From positions 960,001 to 1,024,000 of the forward strand of contig AL929603.2 in the NCBI GenBank assembly GCA_000002445.1: a DNA stretch of 64,000 nt. The letters run 5' to 3'. This DNA comes from Trypanosoma brucei. Taxonomy: Eukaryota. Under the pieces are notes generated by a model, which saw nothing but the letters and a program-made list of their open reading frames with translations, searched no databases and was not told the DNA's origin. The position numbers and the translations under genes are program-made. Of the stretch, positions 1 to 11,015 are shown piece after piece. Position 1 is the first letter of the stretch. Every line of letters starts with the position of its first letter.

Positions 1-296
1 CTATTTGTTGAATGACTGATCGTTTCCTGTACTACCTTTTTTTTATTTGAAGCTCAGGGTGAAGTGATGCGTTTCATTTGCATCATTATTAACAACAAGA
101 AGTTCAAAGAAAAGAAAAAAAAACGAAAGAAATAAAACAAAGCGAAAATAAAATAAAATAAAATAAAAAAAGAACAAAAGTAAAATCAAGTGGGAGAGCA
201 ATTCGTTTGTTTTGATTTGATTTGATTTGGTTTCATCTTATATTTTTAGTTCAACAAATAAATAAATAAATATGTTGCCTCAAAAGCGCGAAATGA

Positions 297-349
297 AAAT
301 GAATGAATGAATGAATGAATGTTAAAGAAACCCCGCCCCCCCCCCCCCC
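297..349. repeat. (GAAT)n microsatellite followed by a poly-C run of about 18 nt
   Basis: Direct reading: gaatgaatgaatgaatgaatg then ccccgcccccccccccccc. Confidence 0.9.
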
Positions 350-1191
350 AAAAAAAAAGAAAATAAAAAAATGACAAAAAAAAAACACAAACCTGCAATT
401 AAAAAAAAAAAACAACAAAACAACAACAACCCACTAAACAAAAAAAAAAGAAGAGAAATTGTAAAAAAAAAAAGGAAACAACACAAAATAAATAAATGTG
501 TTCATTTTTAGTAATAACAACAGGTAAGAGACAGAACCAAAGAGAGAGAGAGAGAGAAAAAAAAAAAAGGAGATGAAGAAGAAGAAGGGGGAGGGAGATA
601 ATTTTCCTTTTGCCATCCTCTACCTTCTTTTTTTTTCCTTTGTTCTTTAAAATTATTATTCCCTCTTATCCTTTTTCTCTTTTTGAAAAAAATAAATTAA
701 AAAAAAACAAAGTGAGTTTAAACAAAAAATAAATAAATAAATAAACAGGCGACGCGGCTCAAATTAAAAATGACTATTTTCCCTCCCTCCCTCTCTCTCT
801 CTCTTACTTTACTTTGCTTTGCTTTGATTTGATTTGATTTGCTTTTTCTTGTTTTAATTCTTTACAACAAGAGGAAAGTTCAGAAGTGGGAAAAGTGAGA
901 AAATGTTTGTTCTGCGCGCGTGTTTGTATTTAAAAGAAGCAACAAAAAAAATAAAAATAAAAATAAAAAAATAAAAAAAAAAGCGAGAAAAGAAAATAAA
1001 AAAGAAGACAACAGAAACAAGAAGCAAAAGAAGAAAGATGAAATGAAATGAAATGATATGATGTTTCGATTGGAAGGAAAATGAGGACATGCAGAGAAAC
1101 GGTTTTTTTTATTTAAAAAAAAAGAGGAAAATAAAGAGGAAGCTGAAGAAAAAAACAAAACAAAACGAGCAGACAAACGAATCAGTCATAA

Positions 1192-1222
<31 letters not shown>

Positions 1223-1265
1223 GTTGTGACTATTATTATTATTATTATTGTTGTTGTTGTTGTTA
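1192..1265. repeat. (ATT)n / (GTT)n trinucleotide microsatellite
   Basis: Direct reading: attattattatt... interrupted once, then gttgttgttgtt. Confidence 0.9.
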
Positions 1266-1659
1266 TGAATCTGAGTGGAATGCAGCATCAGCAGTAACAT
1301 CAACGAGAGAAAAAGGAAGGGAGATCAAAGAGACATGACAACACGAAATTAAAGAGAAGAAAAATAAAGATAAAAACGAAACAGAAAAGATGAAATGAAT
1401 GAATGAGAGAAAATTGAAGTTATTTCTCTTTTACCCAACGCTTTGGATTTTTTTTTTGTTACAGGTGATTATGGCGAAAAGCGAAAAAGGGAGAAGAGAA
1501 ACAACGGTTGCCAAATCCCAAATCCAAGCAGAGGGTTAAGAAAATAAAAGGAGAAATAAAAAAACAAAAACAAGTTGCCACTGAAGAGTTTTTTAAAACT
1601 TTCTTATGTTTGTCCCTTTGCCATTTCATTATTACCACGATCATCATATACGTATACAT

Positions 1660-1716
1660 GCAAATATATAAATATATAAATATATAAATATATAATTTAT
1701 ATATATATATATATTT
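1660..1716. repeat. (TATAAA)n / (AT)n microsatellite
   Basis: Direct reading: aatatataaatatataaatatataaatatataatttatatatatatatatat. Confidence 0.9.
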
Positions 1717-2749
1717 ATATTTATTTATGTGCGTGTTTCGCCGCATTTTCTTTCTTACTTTTCCGTCGTGTTTGTGCGTTTTTCCTCTTTCCTCTTTCCT
1801 CTTTCTTTTTTTTTTCTTCGTTTTGCTTTTTTTTATTTTTTTTAAAAATATAATTGCTCACCTCCCTCTTTCTTTCCTTCCTTCCTTCCTGTATTCTTTC
1901 CCTCTCTTCCACTTACCTTTTTTTTTTCTTTTTGGTGTGCGTTCCCTGAGGTATTTTTGAACGTTTTAGAGATAAACACCTCGGGCTGAAGTGAATAAAA
2001 AAGGAAGAAAAAGAAAAAGAAAAAAAAAGGAAGTAACAAATAAGGAGAAAAGGAGAGAAGGAAAGGAAAAGAGAAAAAAAGAGTGAGAGAAAAAGAAAAA
2101 GAAAAAGAAAAAGGAGAAAGAAGAAAACCCAAATTGAACGCGGAATCGCATATTAGAAATACGAAGAGGAGAAAATATGTTGACAATATTAAAATAAAAA
2201 TAAAAAAAAAAGCAACGACATATCATCATCTACAGCATCATCTCCATATGATTTAAAAATGACAGTGCCCTTCAGTGGCGTTTCTTTCTTATTGAATTTC
2301 AACAAATTCCTCATCTTTATCTGTTTATTTATTTATTTATTTATTCGTCCATTCACTTCCTCTCTCACTTGTCTGCCTTTTCTTTTCTTTTCTTTTCCTT
2401 TCTTTTTTTTTCCTCTCTAAATTTATGAATGCTTTGTTTCAATAATTTCTACAGTTGGCTTGTGGTACTTAGTGTGGATAGAATAGGAGAAAAGTACTTG
2501 CCAACATTTAAGGTGAAGATTTTTGTTGTTTTTTTTTTGATTTGTTTACATTCAAATTATAATTAGTTTCACATTTATTCATTTAAAGTTGTTGAATTAA
2601 ATCGGGTGCGATAGGGTATTACACACGGGAGCAAACGCATTACGGTGAATTGCTTAACGTGTTTGAAACTTTTGCTCTGACGAGAGTTCGGATAAGAAGT
2701 TGTGTTGTGTGGATTAGGACGGACAGACAAGAAAAAAAAAAAGAAAATT

Positions 2750-3745
2750 ATGTCAACAGAGGAACTCGTGCAGCGGGTTGTACAAATGCAAATGACGAGT
2801 CCTCATTTTGCGGAATATTGCGTTGCTCACGTCACAGATTCCAAACATAAGTTTTTATTCGATGCAACAGATAGTGAAGAGAGGCGACTTTACTGCGCGC
2901 TTCTTCAGAGGATGAGGGGGGGATTTATTAGTGACGAGTCGAGGGAATGTGCGGGAGCGACGGCGGCAGGAACGGAGCGTCAGCGGCAGCGGCATCGGCA
3001 TCGCATGTTAACATTATGGCAATCGCTATCACATTATTTTACGAGTGCTGGTGCCGCTGGTGCCACCACTTTTTGTAGTCGTGTGGCAGCCTCAGCTGCT
3101 GTTGTGTATGGTCCACATATGCCGCATATGTTTCGCAACATAAAGGATTTGGCTGCATTTGTTGAAATGGTTGATGCGGCCCCACGTGGTGAAGAACATC
3201 AGCGTGCCATTGTGCAATTCATGCGAGGGAGGCTCCCCATGACGGAGGTGTTTCTCCATGTGATGCTTCAGTTATGTGATGGTTACGTATATGAGGCCTG
3301 GTGCATGCAAGCGCAGAAACCCGTGGAAGAAATGTGCATGAGGGGCGGAAAAAACCAAAAAGAGGAGGAGGGAGGCAGCGCTTACGGTATGGCGAGTAGA
3401 CGAAAAGATGCTGCCAGTTGGAGCACAAACTACACGGCTCCATCTGATATTATGGTGGATGAAGCGGCGTTGCAGAAGGGCGGAACGGTGATTTTTCTCG
3501 CGAATATGTTGATGGCAGAACACGAGACATTTGGGCGACCGCTGCGGTATGGGGCGGTATTTGAGCATTATATTCTTCGTATGGTGCAGTTGTTGGCGAG
3601 ATATGCGATGGATGGTTCCGAGGCGTTGGCATTTGTGAGGGAAACGGTGGAAGTTTGGACGGAGGGAAATGTGTTTGCGCCCGCAACCCTGCAAGACATG
3701 CGTGATGCTGTTGGAATCAAAGCTAATGCGAATAATCACAGATAA
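2750..3745 (+). CDS. Hypothetical protein (about 331 aa)
   Basis: Long + strand ORF (2702..3745). I prefer the ATG at 2750 (MSTEELVQRV...) because the upstream extension only translates an A-run (KKKKKK). No domain recognised. It leads the same-strand polycistron. Confidence 0.55.
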   Translation: MSTEELVQRVVQMQMTSPHFAEYCVAHVTDSKHKFLFDATDSEERRLYCALLQRMRGGFISDESRECAGATAAGTERQRQRHRHRMLTLWQSLSHYFTSAGAAGATTFCSRVAASAAVVYGPHMPHMFRNIKDLAAFVEMVDAAPRGEEHQRAIVQFMRGRLPMTEVFLHVMLQLCDGYVYEAWCMQAQKPVEEMCMRGGKNQKEEEGGSAYGMASRRKDAASWSTNYTAPSDIMVDEAALQKGGTVIFLANMLMAEHETFGRPLRYGAVFEHYILRMVQLLARYAMDGSEALAFVRETVEVWTEGNVFAPATLQDMRDAVGIKANANNHR

Positions 3746-4013
3746 CCGGCTCTGCTTTTTTTCTTCTTTTGAGTGAGTGGAGGATCAGGAAGTGGAGAAG
3801 GAAATACGGCAACATATGCGAATTATATGGCGATGAAAAGCCAAAAAAAAAAGAAAAAGAAGCAAGTACCAATAAGGGAAGGAGGAGGAATCAATCAATA
3901 TAAATAAATAAATGTATATATATGCACATTTGCGATTGTGCGTGTATTGCCGTGATCCTGCCTTACTATAATCGTCGTCATTGTCACTGTTTTGAAATTC
4001 TACTTCCACTCTA

Positions 4014-4090
4014 GCCTTTATTTTTAACTTTCTTTTCGTAAATACAGCGCTTGTAAGTGGGCTGCTGCCACATATTTTCCTTTGATAATA
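4014..4090 (+). promoter_or_regulatory. Polypyrimidine tract / probable trans-splice acceptor region upstream of PRMT1
   Basis: Direct reading: ctttatttttaactttcttttcg...acag then tttcctttg. Trypanosomatid mRNAs are processed at AG dinucleotides downstream of polyY tracts. Confidence 0.45.
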
Positions 4091-4185
4091 AAGACAATAA
4101 TAGTAATAATAGCAGGACGAACGGGCAGCATTTGAGACGCCTTGTATTCACAAAAATAAGAAAAAGTGGTTTACCGCGTGCAACA

Positions 4186-5223
4186 ATGACGGTGGACGCA
4201 AATGCCGCCTCCAGCACTACAACGACTACAGATTATTATTTTGATTCTTACAGCCATTATGGAATTCACATGGAAATGTTGAAGGATTGCCATCGCACCA
4301 CATCATATCGTGATGCCATGTGGCGTAATGCGTACCTTTTTAAGGACAAGGTTGTGCTTGATGTTGGTTGCGGGACGGGAATCCTTTCTATGTTTGCTGC
4401 AAAAGCGGGTGCGCGGAAGGTGATTGGGGTCGACTGCAGTACTGTTGCCGTGCAAGCGAGGGAAATTGTAAGAGATAACGGTTTTGAGGATGTTATTACA
4501 ATAATTCAAGGTAAGGTTGAGGAAATACAATTGGATGAGAAGGTGGATATTATTATTAGTGAATGGATGGGTTACTTCCTACTTTATGAGTCTATGTTAA
4601 ACACCGTTTTGTACGCTCGTGATAATTTGGGTACTCCTGATGTGAAGATGTTCCCGGATAAAGCTAACATGCACGTATGCGGCATTACTGACGAGCAGTA
4701 CATCCAAGAACGCTTCAACATTTGGGACAATGTGCAGGGAATTGACTTTTCCTACTTCAAACGCCTAAGTTTCATTGAGCCGCTTGTGGACACGGTGGAA
4801 CGATCACAAATTGTTACCAATGTAGCACCTCTCGTTTCATTTGACATCAATACCGTAAAAGAAGCGGATCTTAGCTTCACATCGGAGTTTGCACTTGAGG
4901 CACAGGCCTCCCGCGGAAAGCGTAATGGTGGTAATAGCATTATTTATGTTCATGCGCTTTCTGTTCACTTTGACACGCCCTTCACCGCTGGTCATGAAGT
5001 GGTGATACTTGACACAACTCCATATTCCCCTCCCACGCATTGGAGGCAAACGGTTTTATATCTTTTTAACCCGCTTCGGATGCGTGCGGGAGAGCGAGCC
5101 ACCTTTCGCATGAAATGCAGCCCAAATGCACTCAATGGGCGAGATCTTGACATTTCACTTCATGTTGACTTCGAAGGGGCACTTCAGATTAGTCATTATG
5201 ACCAGGATTTTCGGCTGCGGTAG
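4186..5223 (+). CDS. PRMT1: Protein arginine N-methyltransferase, type I (PRMT1 catalytic subunit), 345 aa
   Basis: SAM-binding motif I VLDVGCGTGILSMFAAKAG. Double-E loop and PRMT signature ISEWMGYFLLYESMLNTVLYARD. THW loop (TPYSPPTHWRQTV). Starting at MTVDANAAS gives exactly 345 aa, the size I recall for TbPRMT1. The longer 4057 start runs through a polyY tract. Confidence 0.93.
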   Translation: MTVDANAASSTTTTTDYYFDSYSHYGIHMEMLKDCHRTTSYRDAMWRNAYLFKDKVVLDVGCGTGILSMFAAKAGARKVIGVDCSTVAVQAREIVRDNGFEDVITIIQGKVEEIQLDEKVDIIISEWMGYFLLYESMLNTVLYARDNLGTPDVKMFPDKANMHVCGITDEQYIQERFNIWDNVQGIDFSYFKRLSFIEPLVDTVERSQIVTNVAPLVSFDINTVKEADLSFTSEFALEAQASRGKRNGGNSIIYVHALSVHFDTPFTAGHEVVILDTTPYSPPTHWRQTVLYLFNPLRMRAGERATFRMKCSPNALNGRDLDISLHVDFEGALQISHYDQDFRLR

Positions 5224-5685
5224 AGGTACTGGGCGATTCAAGGGCGAAAGCAATAAAAAAAAAAGAAAAGAAGATAAAAAAGAAAAGGAAGAAAAGAAGG
5301 TTGTGAAGAGTTATCACGTCTTTGTGAATGTGAGCTATGGGGTGTGGGTGTGTGGGGAATTATGATTGATCGAAAGTGCATAAGAAAGAGAAAGAAAGAA
5401 AGGGAACGAGGACTAAAGGAGTTGGAGTTGATGTGGGGTTAGTAAACCATTGCAGCGACAACAACCATCAGCACAGTAATAATATTAACATAATGAATGA
5501 ATAACACGTATCGGGTGGTTTAAGGGCACAATTCGCCCCAATGGGATTAATGAGGGGCGGTTGCGTTTCCTCGGGAAACAAAAGGTGTGCAAATGAAACG
5601 ATGGGGATGATGCGGTTCCATCCACTTGTTTTGCTTGCGCGTTGTAGCAACGTATGTGAGTGCGTGATCGGCACCGAGGATTCAA

Positions 5686-5711
5686 ATATATATATATATA
5701 TATATATATAT
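5686..5711. repeat. (AT)n microsatellite
   Basis: Direct reading: atatatatatatatatatatatatat. Confidence 0.9.
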
Positions 5712-5953
5712 GTTTCTGTTCTCGTGCCTCTCCCTCGTTCTCACTGCTTTGTTTGTTTGCCACAAATTGAACCCCTCTTTTACCTTCTCCTTCCGCTCTT
5801 CCACTTCTTCGGAAAATAGAACGGCTTGGGTTCTTTAACTTGTAGTTCGATCAAGCGGTAACATTCCTCTCATTTCATTTGTTGGTATTCTTTTTATTAT
5901 TATTGTTATTATTTTGTTTTTCCTTTTTTTTTTCGTTGACGCTATTGTTATCG

Positions 5954-5973
5954 CGTGTGTGTGTGTGTGTGTC
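5954..5973. repeat. (GT)n microsatellite
   Basis: Direct reading: gtgtgtgtgtgtgtgtgtgt. Confidence 0.9.
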
Positions 5974-5991
5974 TGTGGAGAGTATTAGTGT

Positions 5992-6996
5992 GTGAATTTG
6001 AGTCCGTCATTAGCGTTAAAAAACATTTTGTCCCTGATGCATACCGATGACAAGCAGGCACAGCGGTATCCGAGAACGAGTGATGCTGCGCGGGTTCATT
6101 CCACCTTAAGAGTTGGACAAAACACATCCGATAAGGTTCCGTATGGCCGTTTGAGCAGTCAAAGCGGGCCCGGCACCCCACGCGGTGATTTGTTTCCGCC
6201 TTCCAATGGACTTTCAAAGGTAGAAGGGGAAGAGACACCAGCAGCAGGTGCATGGCAATACCCATCCGAACCCATGGCAACACCCAACACGCGATCGGTC
6301 CAGTTGAATGGTGCACTACCGGTTAAAAATGAAGAGGGAGAGACGAAATGTAGTGGTGATGCCATACGGGAGGAGGGAACAAAAGATGGAGGTGATGGAG
6401 TTATTATTGGAATAGATGCTGCTGTGGAGGCAGGAGTGTTAGTTGCAAACGAAGAGAGTGGCAAGGAGGATGAGAATAGGGAGAGTAATGTCAACAGTAC
6501 GCCTTGTGCCAGTGGCACCAATGAAACCATTGCTACTGCCACACCTACCCTTAGTAACGCTACCGCAGCTTCTGTTGTATTAACACCTGCAGTGCCTGCT
6601 TCCACTGGATTGCGTGCATCCAGGCGTTTGTTGGATTTCACGGGCTCCACAAACGTTAGTAATGGCCCTCGTGCCGCTAGTAGACTTTTCGACGTCAAAC
6701 CAGTGGGAGGCGGGGCTCAGGCGGCATCACAAGGGGTTGGATTTCTTCGTCTCTCCAAAACGGTTCCATCAGCAGCATCGCAAGCGGTGAGTGCTCGAAT
6801 GAGGACTTCTCGAAAAAATGGACCGACTCTTAGCGCCACTAGCAGGGGTCACAGCAGTACCGCTCATGAGAATCTCCCCTGCCGTAACGATTACACGTCG
6901 TTAAGGTTAAAGGAGCAACGGAGACGGGAATTGTACGCATGGAATGAAGAGTTACGGCGGCAGGATAAAAGTGACATGTCCGCTGATGCCGTGTGA
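5992..6996 (+). CDS. Hypothetical Ser/Thr/Ala-rich low-complexity protein (334 aa)
   Basis: Long + strand ORF in the polycistron. The composition is S/T/A/G-rich and disordered-looking. A 179-aa antisense ORF overlaps it, as expected for GC-rich low-complexity sequence, so coding status is uncertain. Confidence 0.4.
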   Translation: MNLSPSLALKNILSLMHTDDKQAQRYPRTSDAARVHSTLRVGQNTSDKVPYGRLSSQSGPGTPRGDLFPPSNGLSKVEGEETPAAGAWQYPSEPMATPNTRSVQLNGALPVKNEEGETKCSGDAIREEGTKDGGDGVIIGIDAAVEAGVLVANEESGKEDENRESNVNSTPCASGTNETIATATPTLSNATAASVVLTPAVPASTGLRASRRLLDFTGSTNVSNGPRAASRLFDVKPVGGGAQAASQGVGFLRLSKTVPSAASQAVSARMRTSRKNGPTLSATSRGHSSTAHENLPCRNDYTSLRLKEQRRRELYAWNEELRRQDKSDMSADAV

Positions 6997-7787
6997 TTAC
7001 TTTCCTCCTTTTCTTTTCTTTTCTTTTCTTTCTTTTCCTCCTTTTTCTTTTTAGTTTTTACCTTTTAGTGTGTGAATTGCTTGAAATGTCATGAGCGGGA
7101 ACGGCAGAGCTCCCTTTTTTTTTGTTTCCGAGGTTGTTGTTCTGCTTCGTTCCATCTCTCTGTACTTTTGCCCTGTTTAGCGTTTACATGTATGTGATCA
7201 TTTTAGTGCGTTAAAGCGTGCATGCGCAAACGTAGATGAAAAAAAAAGTATATAAATATATGTTTATTTATCAGTGAATGTGTTTGTGAGCCGTGGATTT
7301 ATTAGTGTTTGCGGTTATTATGATGTACGGGAGGGAACACGAAAAAGGGTACCGAGAGGAAGTAAAGGGAAAGTGCACACCTGTGAAGTGTCTTCTTTTT
7401 TTTTTTTTGAAGTGGAGAAGACGGGACGACGAAGTTTGAAAGTATTGTACCCTTTCTTTTTCTTTTTTCGCTATTTTACTAATTTGTTTATTTGTTTATT
7501 ATCTTTTTACATATTTACACGCATGTTTGAATCCTCCTTTCGTGCCACCACCCACTCTCGATGTGTTTTTCGGTGCTTTTTTTTTTGAACTCTTTCTTTT
7601 TTACTTTCTTTTCTTTAATTGCGTTGACCAAAAAAGAAAAAAAAACGTGAAGGGAAGGGAAGGGAAACGAAGAGAGAAACACAAACACATACATCTATTT
7701 AAAGTAACTAATAATAATAATAATAGCACTGTAATTACCATTTATTGTTATTATTGAGAGTTCCTTTTATTTATTTATTTTAGAGCC

Positions 7788-8324
7788 ATGAGCGGATTGC
7801 CTGGAAGTGGCACGCAATTACACAACTACTTTGATCTCATTGTTAACAGCGACCCGCGAGTTGCTTTTGATATTCTCCACCCCGCCGTGATGAATGCCAT
7901 TGAAAAAATGGAAAGGTCTCAACGTCGCAGTCATCACGCGGATGCAAATGATGATGATGAGGAAGAAGGAGAAGGTGAAGGTGAAGGCGAGGATGGTGAT
8001 GAATATGGTGAGGGCGGAGGTGATTGTCTGATGGGTGCTGCTGCGGTTAGTGCCAAAACAAATGAGGAGGCGACGGCAATAGTGGTGAATAATGACGTGA
8101 GGGCATGTTTTGTTATTCCGACACATCAATCAGTGCTTGACACGAGACATGTACATCAACCTGACTTGGCGGGCATGGAAGCATTTAACAGTCAAAAAAA
8201 TCATCACCTCGCCCATCAAGTGTTAGGACCAGCGTTAATGCATGAAGTGCAGAAGTTTGGGCTGCAAAAGCGAAGGCGGAATGAGGTGGAAGGTGTGGAG
8301 GAGGAGGACCAGTCGACGGAGTAA
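7788..8324 (+). CDS. Hypothetical acidic protein (178 aa)
   Basis: + strand ORF preceded by polyY tracts (7385..7470, 7540..7610). Contains an acidic run DDDEEEGEGEGEGEDGDEYGEGGGD. No domain recognised. Confidence 0.45.
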   Translation: MSGLPGSGTQLHNYFDLIVNSDPRVAFDILHPAVMNAIEKMERSQRRSHHADANDDDEEEGEGEGEGEDGDEYGEGGGDCLMGAAAVSAKTNEEATAIVVNNDVRACFVIPTHQSVLDTRHVHQPDLAGMEAFNSQKNHHLAHQVLGPALMHEVQKFGLQKRRRNEVEGVEEEDQSTE

Positions 8325-8525
8325 GCACTCGAATACGGATGGCGGGCGGTATGTGATATACACAAATAAATATAAATATATATTAAGGTTGCTGGTGTCA
8401 TACATGCACATGTGTGGAGTGTAGAATCGCTTGTTGCTGATGGATGAAAAGAGAAATTACATGGAGGGGATGCCGCTGTTCGTCGGGGTGTTAACTTGTA
8501 CATTAAAGGCCGAAGCTTTGTTGAA

Positions 8526-8559
8526 ATTATTATTATTGTTATTATTATTATTATTATTA
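8526..8559. repeat. (TTA)n microsatellite
   Basis: Direct reading: ttattattattgttattattattattattatta. Confidence 0.85.
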
Positions 8560-8762
8560 CTTTTTGATACCGCACCTCTTACCTTTTCTTCGGCTTTTTT
8601 ACCACCGTACTTTCCTCACCTGTATCAATGATGTGTTTGGCCTCTGATCCCTTCCTCTTGCTTTTCCACCCACAATTGCTTTGTTTACTGATAATTGGTA
8701 TGAACTGAACAGGACGGATCACAGGCCGCATTTTATCCCCGTTTGGCAGAAGGAGAAACGCT

Positions 8763-10679
8763 GTGGTGGGCACAACAGTTGCCATGGAGGAGTTGCGTAA
8801 ACGCGGTAATGAACTTTTCCCCACAGATCCTCGTGCCGCCGTTGTCATGTATCGGGAAGCAATTGATTTATACGATACGCTAAAGGACGCAGCGGGGGTG
8901 GATTCGGTTGCGGTGAAGGAGGAATATACCCGATGCGCTGGCAATGCACTCACTTGTTTGTTTAAGTTGGGGCAACATGAGGAATGTGCGGCATTGGCTG
9001 TGAAGGTGCAGCGTGTGAACCCCTTGATTGCGAAGGCGTATGCTTTTATTGGGCGTTGCATGCTTCTGGGAAATTTCCCTTCACTTCCAAAGCGACAATA
9101 TGGAATTGGTCCACTGCAGTATTTGTGTCGTGCCGTATATTTGCTCCCATCCATGGCGGAGTCCATGCGGCCTTTCATTGGTGAGGCTCTTGATAAACTC
9201 TTAGCTGAGATTTTGCCGCCAAAACGTGAGGGTAATGACGATGGCGAACAAACAATTGAGGAAGAGCCTTCCATTGAGGTGAAAGAGGGCGATTGTGGAA
9301 AATCTGTTGTGGCTGTCACGCGTCTGCCAGCCCATCTTGCGGTGAGTTCGACTTTACACCCTTTCAGTGTCTGTTCATTTGACGAGTCATGTGGTGTTGG
9401 TGTGTGTTATAACTGTGGAATTGTTTATCCCTTATCTGAGAGTGATGAACCGAAGGGTACAACCCAAAAGGATAAATATGCGTGTGGCCACTGCAAACTT
9501 GTGGGGTATTGCTCTGCGGAGTGTGCGGCTAAGCATCGAATTCAGCACGACAAGTACGAGTGCCGACTGTTGCAACGGTTGAAGAACATGCGGGATTCCC
9601 TGCAAGCATCTCATGAGGAGCGGGAGCGGGAGGGACAAGTCGTTTCCATCACGGACAGCGTTGACGAGTTTTTTACGACGGCTGTGCATTGCATCACCAC
9701 ATTGTCGGGCGTTAGGGTTCACCGTCCCGGTTACAACGCTGTGGAGCACCAGTTGGAGGGCCATCCTGTTGAAGTAGCGCAAAGTCTTGGAAATTTGGTG
9801 CGCATTGTGCATGAGCTGTTGGACGGTGAAAAGGAACATGGTGAAGTGGCGAGGCTTATTGGCGTTATTCGTTGCAACGCAATTGAGATTTGTGATGATT
9901 CAGGTCTAGGCGTTGGGCAGGCACTTCACGCGGCAAGTATTACGTCTTACTTCAATCATTCCTGTGCACCAAATTGTGCTATTCAGAGCGACGCAATTGT
10001 GACAACGCGTGTCGTTGAAGCTGGTGAAGAGCTCACCATTGCGTACATTCCGCAATTGTACTGGCCGACGGAGTTAAGGCGTGGGGAGCTCGCGGAAAAA
10101 TATTTCTTCCATTGCCGCTGCGTTCGCTGTTGTTGTTGCTGCGGTGGTGGCAGTGATGATCCATATGAAGCTGCCCTTACGGCAATGTTACGCTCTGGAA
10201 GTAACAAAGGTGGTATTGACGGCAAGAAGGATAGCGGTGATAGTGTCTGTGATACACACAGTAAACTAATCGGGGATGTTCAGCTGCTTTGCGGTCGTGT
10301 TCGTTCGAAAGATGCGTGTGATATCAGCAGGTCAGACAAGGATGCGTTACAACGTTTACTGCAGAAGTGTTGTGCTGAACTGTATCCTTTCCATTACCTT
10401 TGTCACGAGTTGCGTAATGCACTAACCTTCGTGTACACTGTTCTCGGTGATACGCGATGTTGTCTGCAGAGTTGCCTCGATGAGTTCCTGCTGTGGGAGT
10501 CCATCGTGCCTGGAGCTCATCCAGTGAAGCGTCTTAAATTATTGAATGCTTTACAGTGCTGCGAGGATCTGAAAGATACCGGAGATAACGGTGGTTGTAA
10601 CGCTAATGTGAGTGCCGGTTGTGGCGGCCTCACTTTACTGCCGCATCTACAGAAATTGGCGCAGGTTTATTACCTTTAG
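8763..10679 (+). CDS. SET and MYND domain-containing protein (SMYD-like lysine methyltransferase), 638 aa
   Basis: MYND zinc finger C-x2-C...C-x2-C...H-x3-H...C (CYNCG...CGHCKLVGYCSAECAAKHRIQHDKYEC). SET core NHSCAPNC...GEELTIAY. Post-SET CRCVRC followed by CCCCC. The N-terminus is TPR-like. An alternative start is at 8784 (MEELRKRG). Confidence 0.85.
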   Translation: MVGTTVAMEELRKRGNELFPTDPRAAVVMYREAIDLYDTLKDAAGVDSVAVKEEYTRCAGNALTCLFKLGQHEECAALAVKVQRVNPLIAKAYAFIGRCMLLGNFPSLPKRQYGIGPLQYLCRAVYLLPSMAESMRPFIGEALDKLLAEILPPKREGNDDGEQTIEEEPSIEVKEGDCGKSVVAVTRLPAHLAVSSTLHPFSVCSFDESCGVGVCYNCGIVYPLSESDEPKGTTQKDKYACGHCKLVGYCSAECAAKHRIQHDKYECRLLQRLKNMRDSLQASHEEREREGQVVSITDSVDEFFTTAVHCITTLSGVRVHRPGYNAVEHQLEGHPVEVAQSLGNLVRIVHELLDGEKEHGEVARLIGVIRCNAIEICDDSGLGVGQALHAASITSYFNHSCAPNCAIQSDAIVTTRVVEAGEELTIAYIPQLYWPTELRRGELAEKYFFHCRCVRCCCCCGGGSDDPYEAALTAMLRSGSNKGGIDGKKDSGDSVCDTHSKLIGDVQLLCGRVRSKDACDISRSDKDALQRLLQKCCAELYPFHYLCHELRNALTFVYTVLGDTRCCLQSCLDEFLLWESIVPGAHPVKRLKLLNALQCCEDLKDTGDNGGCNANVSAGCGGLTLLPHLQKLAQVYYL

Positions 10680-10741
10680 TGTTGGGAACATCATGTGCTC
10701 GACGTGAGTGGGGAGGGGGAATAAGAGTTATTAAATGACTG

Positions 10742-10765
10742 GTGTGTGTGTGTGTGTGGGGGGGG
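10742..10765. repeat. (GT)n microsatellite plus G-run
   Basis: Direct reading: gtgtgtgtgtgtgtgtggggggg. A second (GT)n lies at 10848..10861. Confidence 0.85.
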
Positions 10766-11015
10766 AGGGGGCTGATGAGCTGCGGTGGCCTTCGCAATCA
10801 CGTAACGTTTCACTTTTTTTCCCCTCACCCGCAGTGTTGTGCCACGAGTGTGTGTGTGTGTCCCGCTTCTTCACTTGTTCTCCCTTATTTATCACACAAT
10901 GAATGAAGCATGTTTGATTTCCTTCCTTTTGCGAACGCGTTATAAGGACAGGGTACGTCTGTCTTTTTTTTTTCTTTCTCTTACATTATTCTATTTGTTG
11001 TAAAAGCATACTTCC

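Noticed and set aside
1459-2229. Several 60-115-aa ORFs on both strands in the low-complexity region (e.g. 1842..2186 -, 1727..1960 +)
   Set aside because: They translate into poly-F/L/S/K homopolymeric peptides produced by (CT)n/(GA)n and A/T-rich repeats, so they are not credible coding sequence.
2702-2749. Upstream start of the first ORF, giving an MLCGLGRTDKKKKKKI leader
   Set aside because: The lysine run is simply translation of an A-rich tract (aaaaaaaaaaagaaaatt). The ATG at 2750 is the more plausible initiator.
4057-4185. N-terminal extension of the PRMT1 ORF (MGCCHIFSFDNKDNNSNN...)
   Set aside because: The extension runs through a polypyrimidine/AT-rich tract typical of 5' intergenic sequence. 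Starting at 4186 gives the expected 345-aa type-I PRMT.
6159-6698. 179-aa minus-strand ORF overlapping the 5992..6996 gene
   Set aside because: GC-rich low-complexity sequence is naturally stop-poor on both strands. All flanking genes are + strand and no polyY signal exists for a minus-strand gene here.
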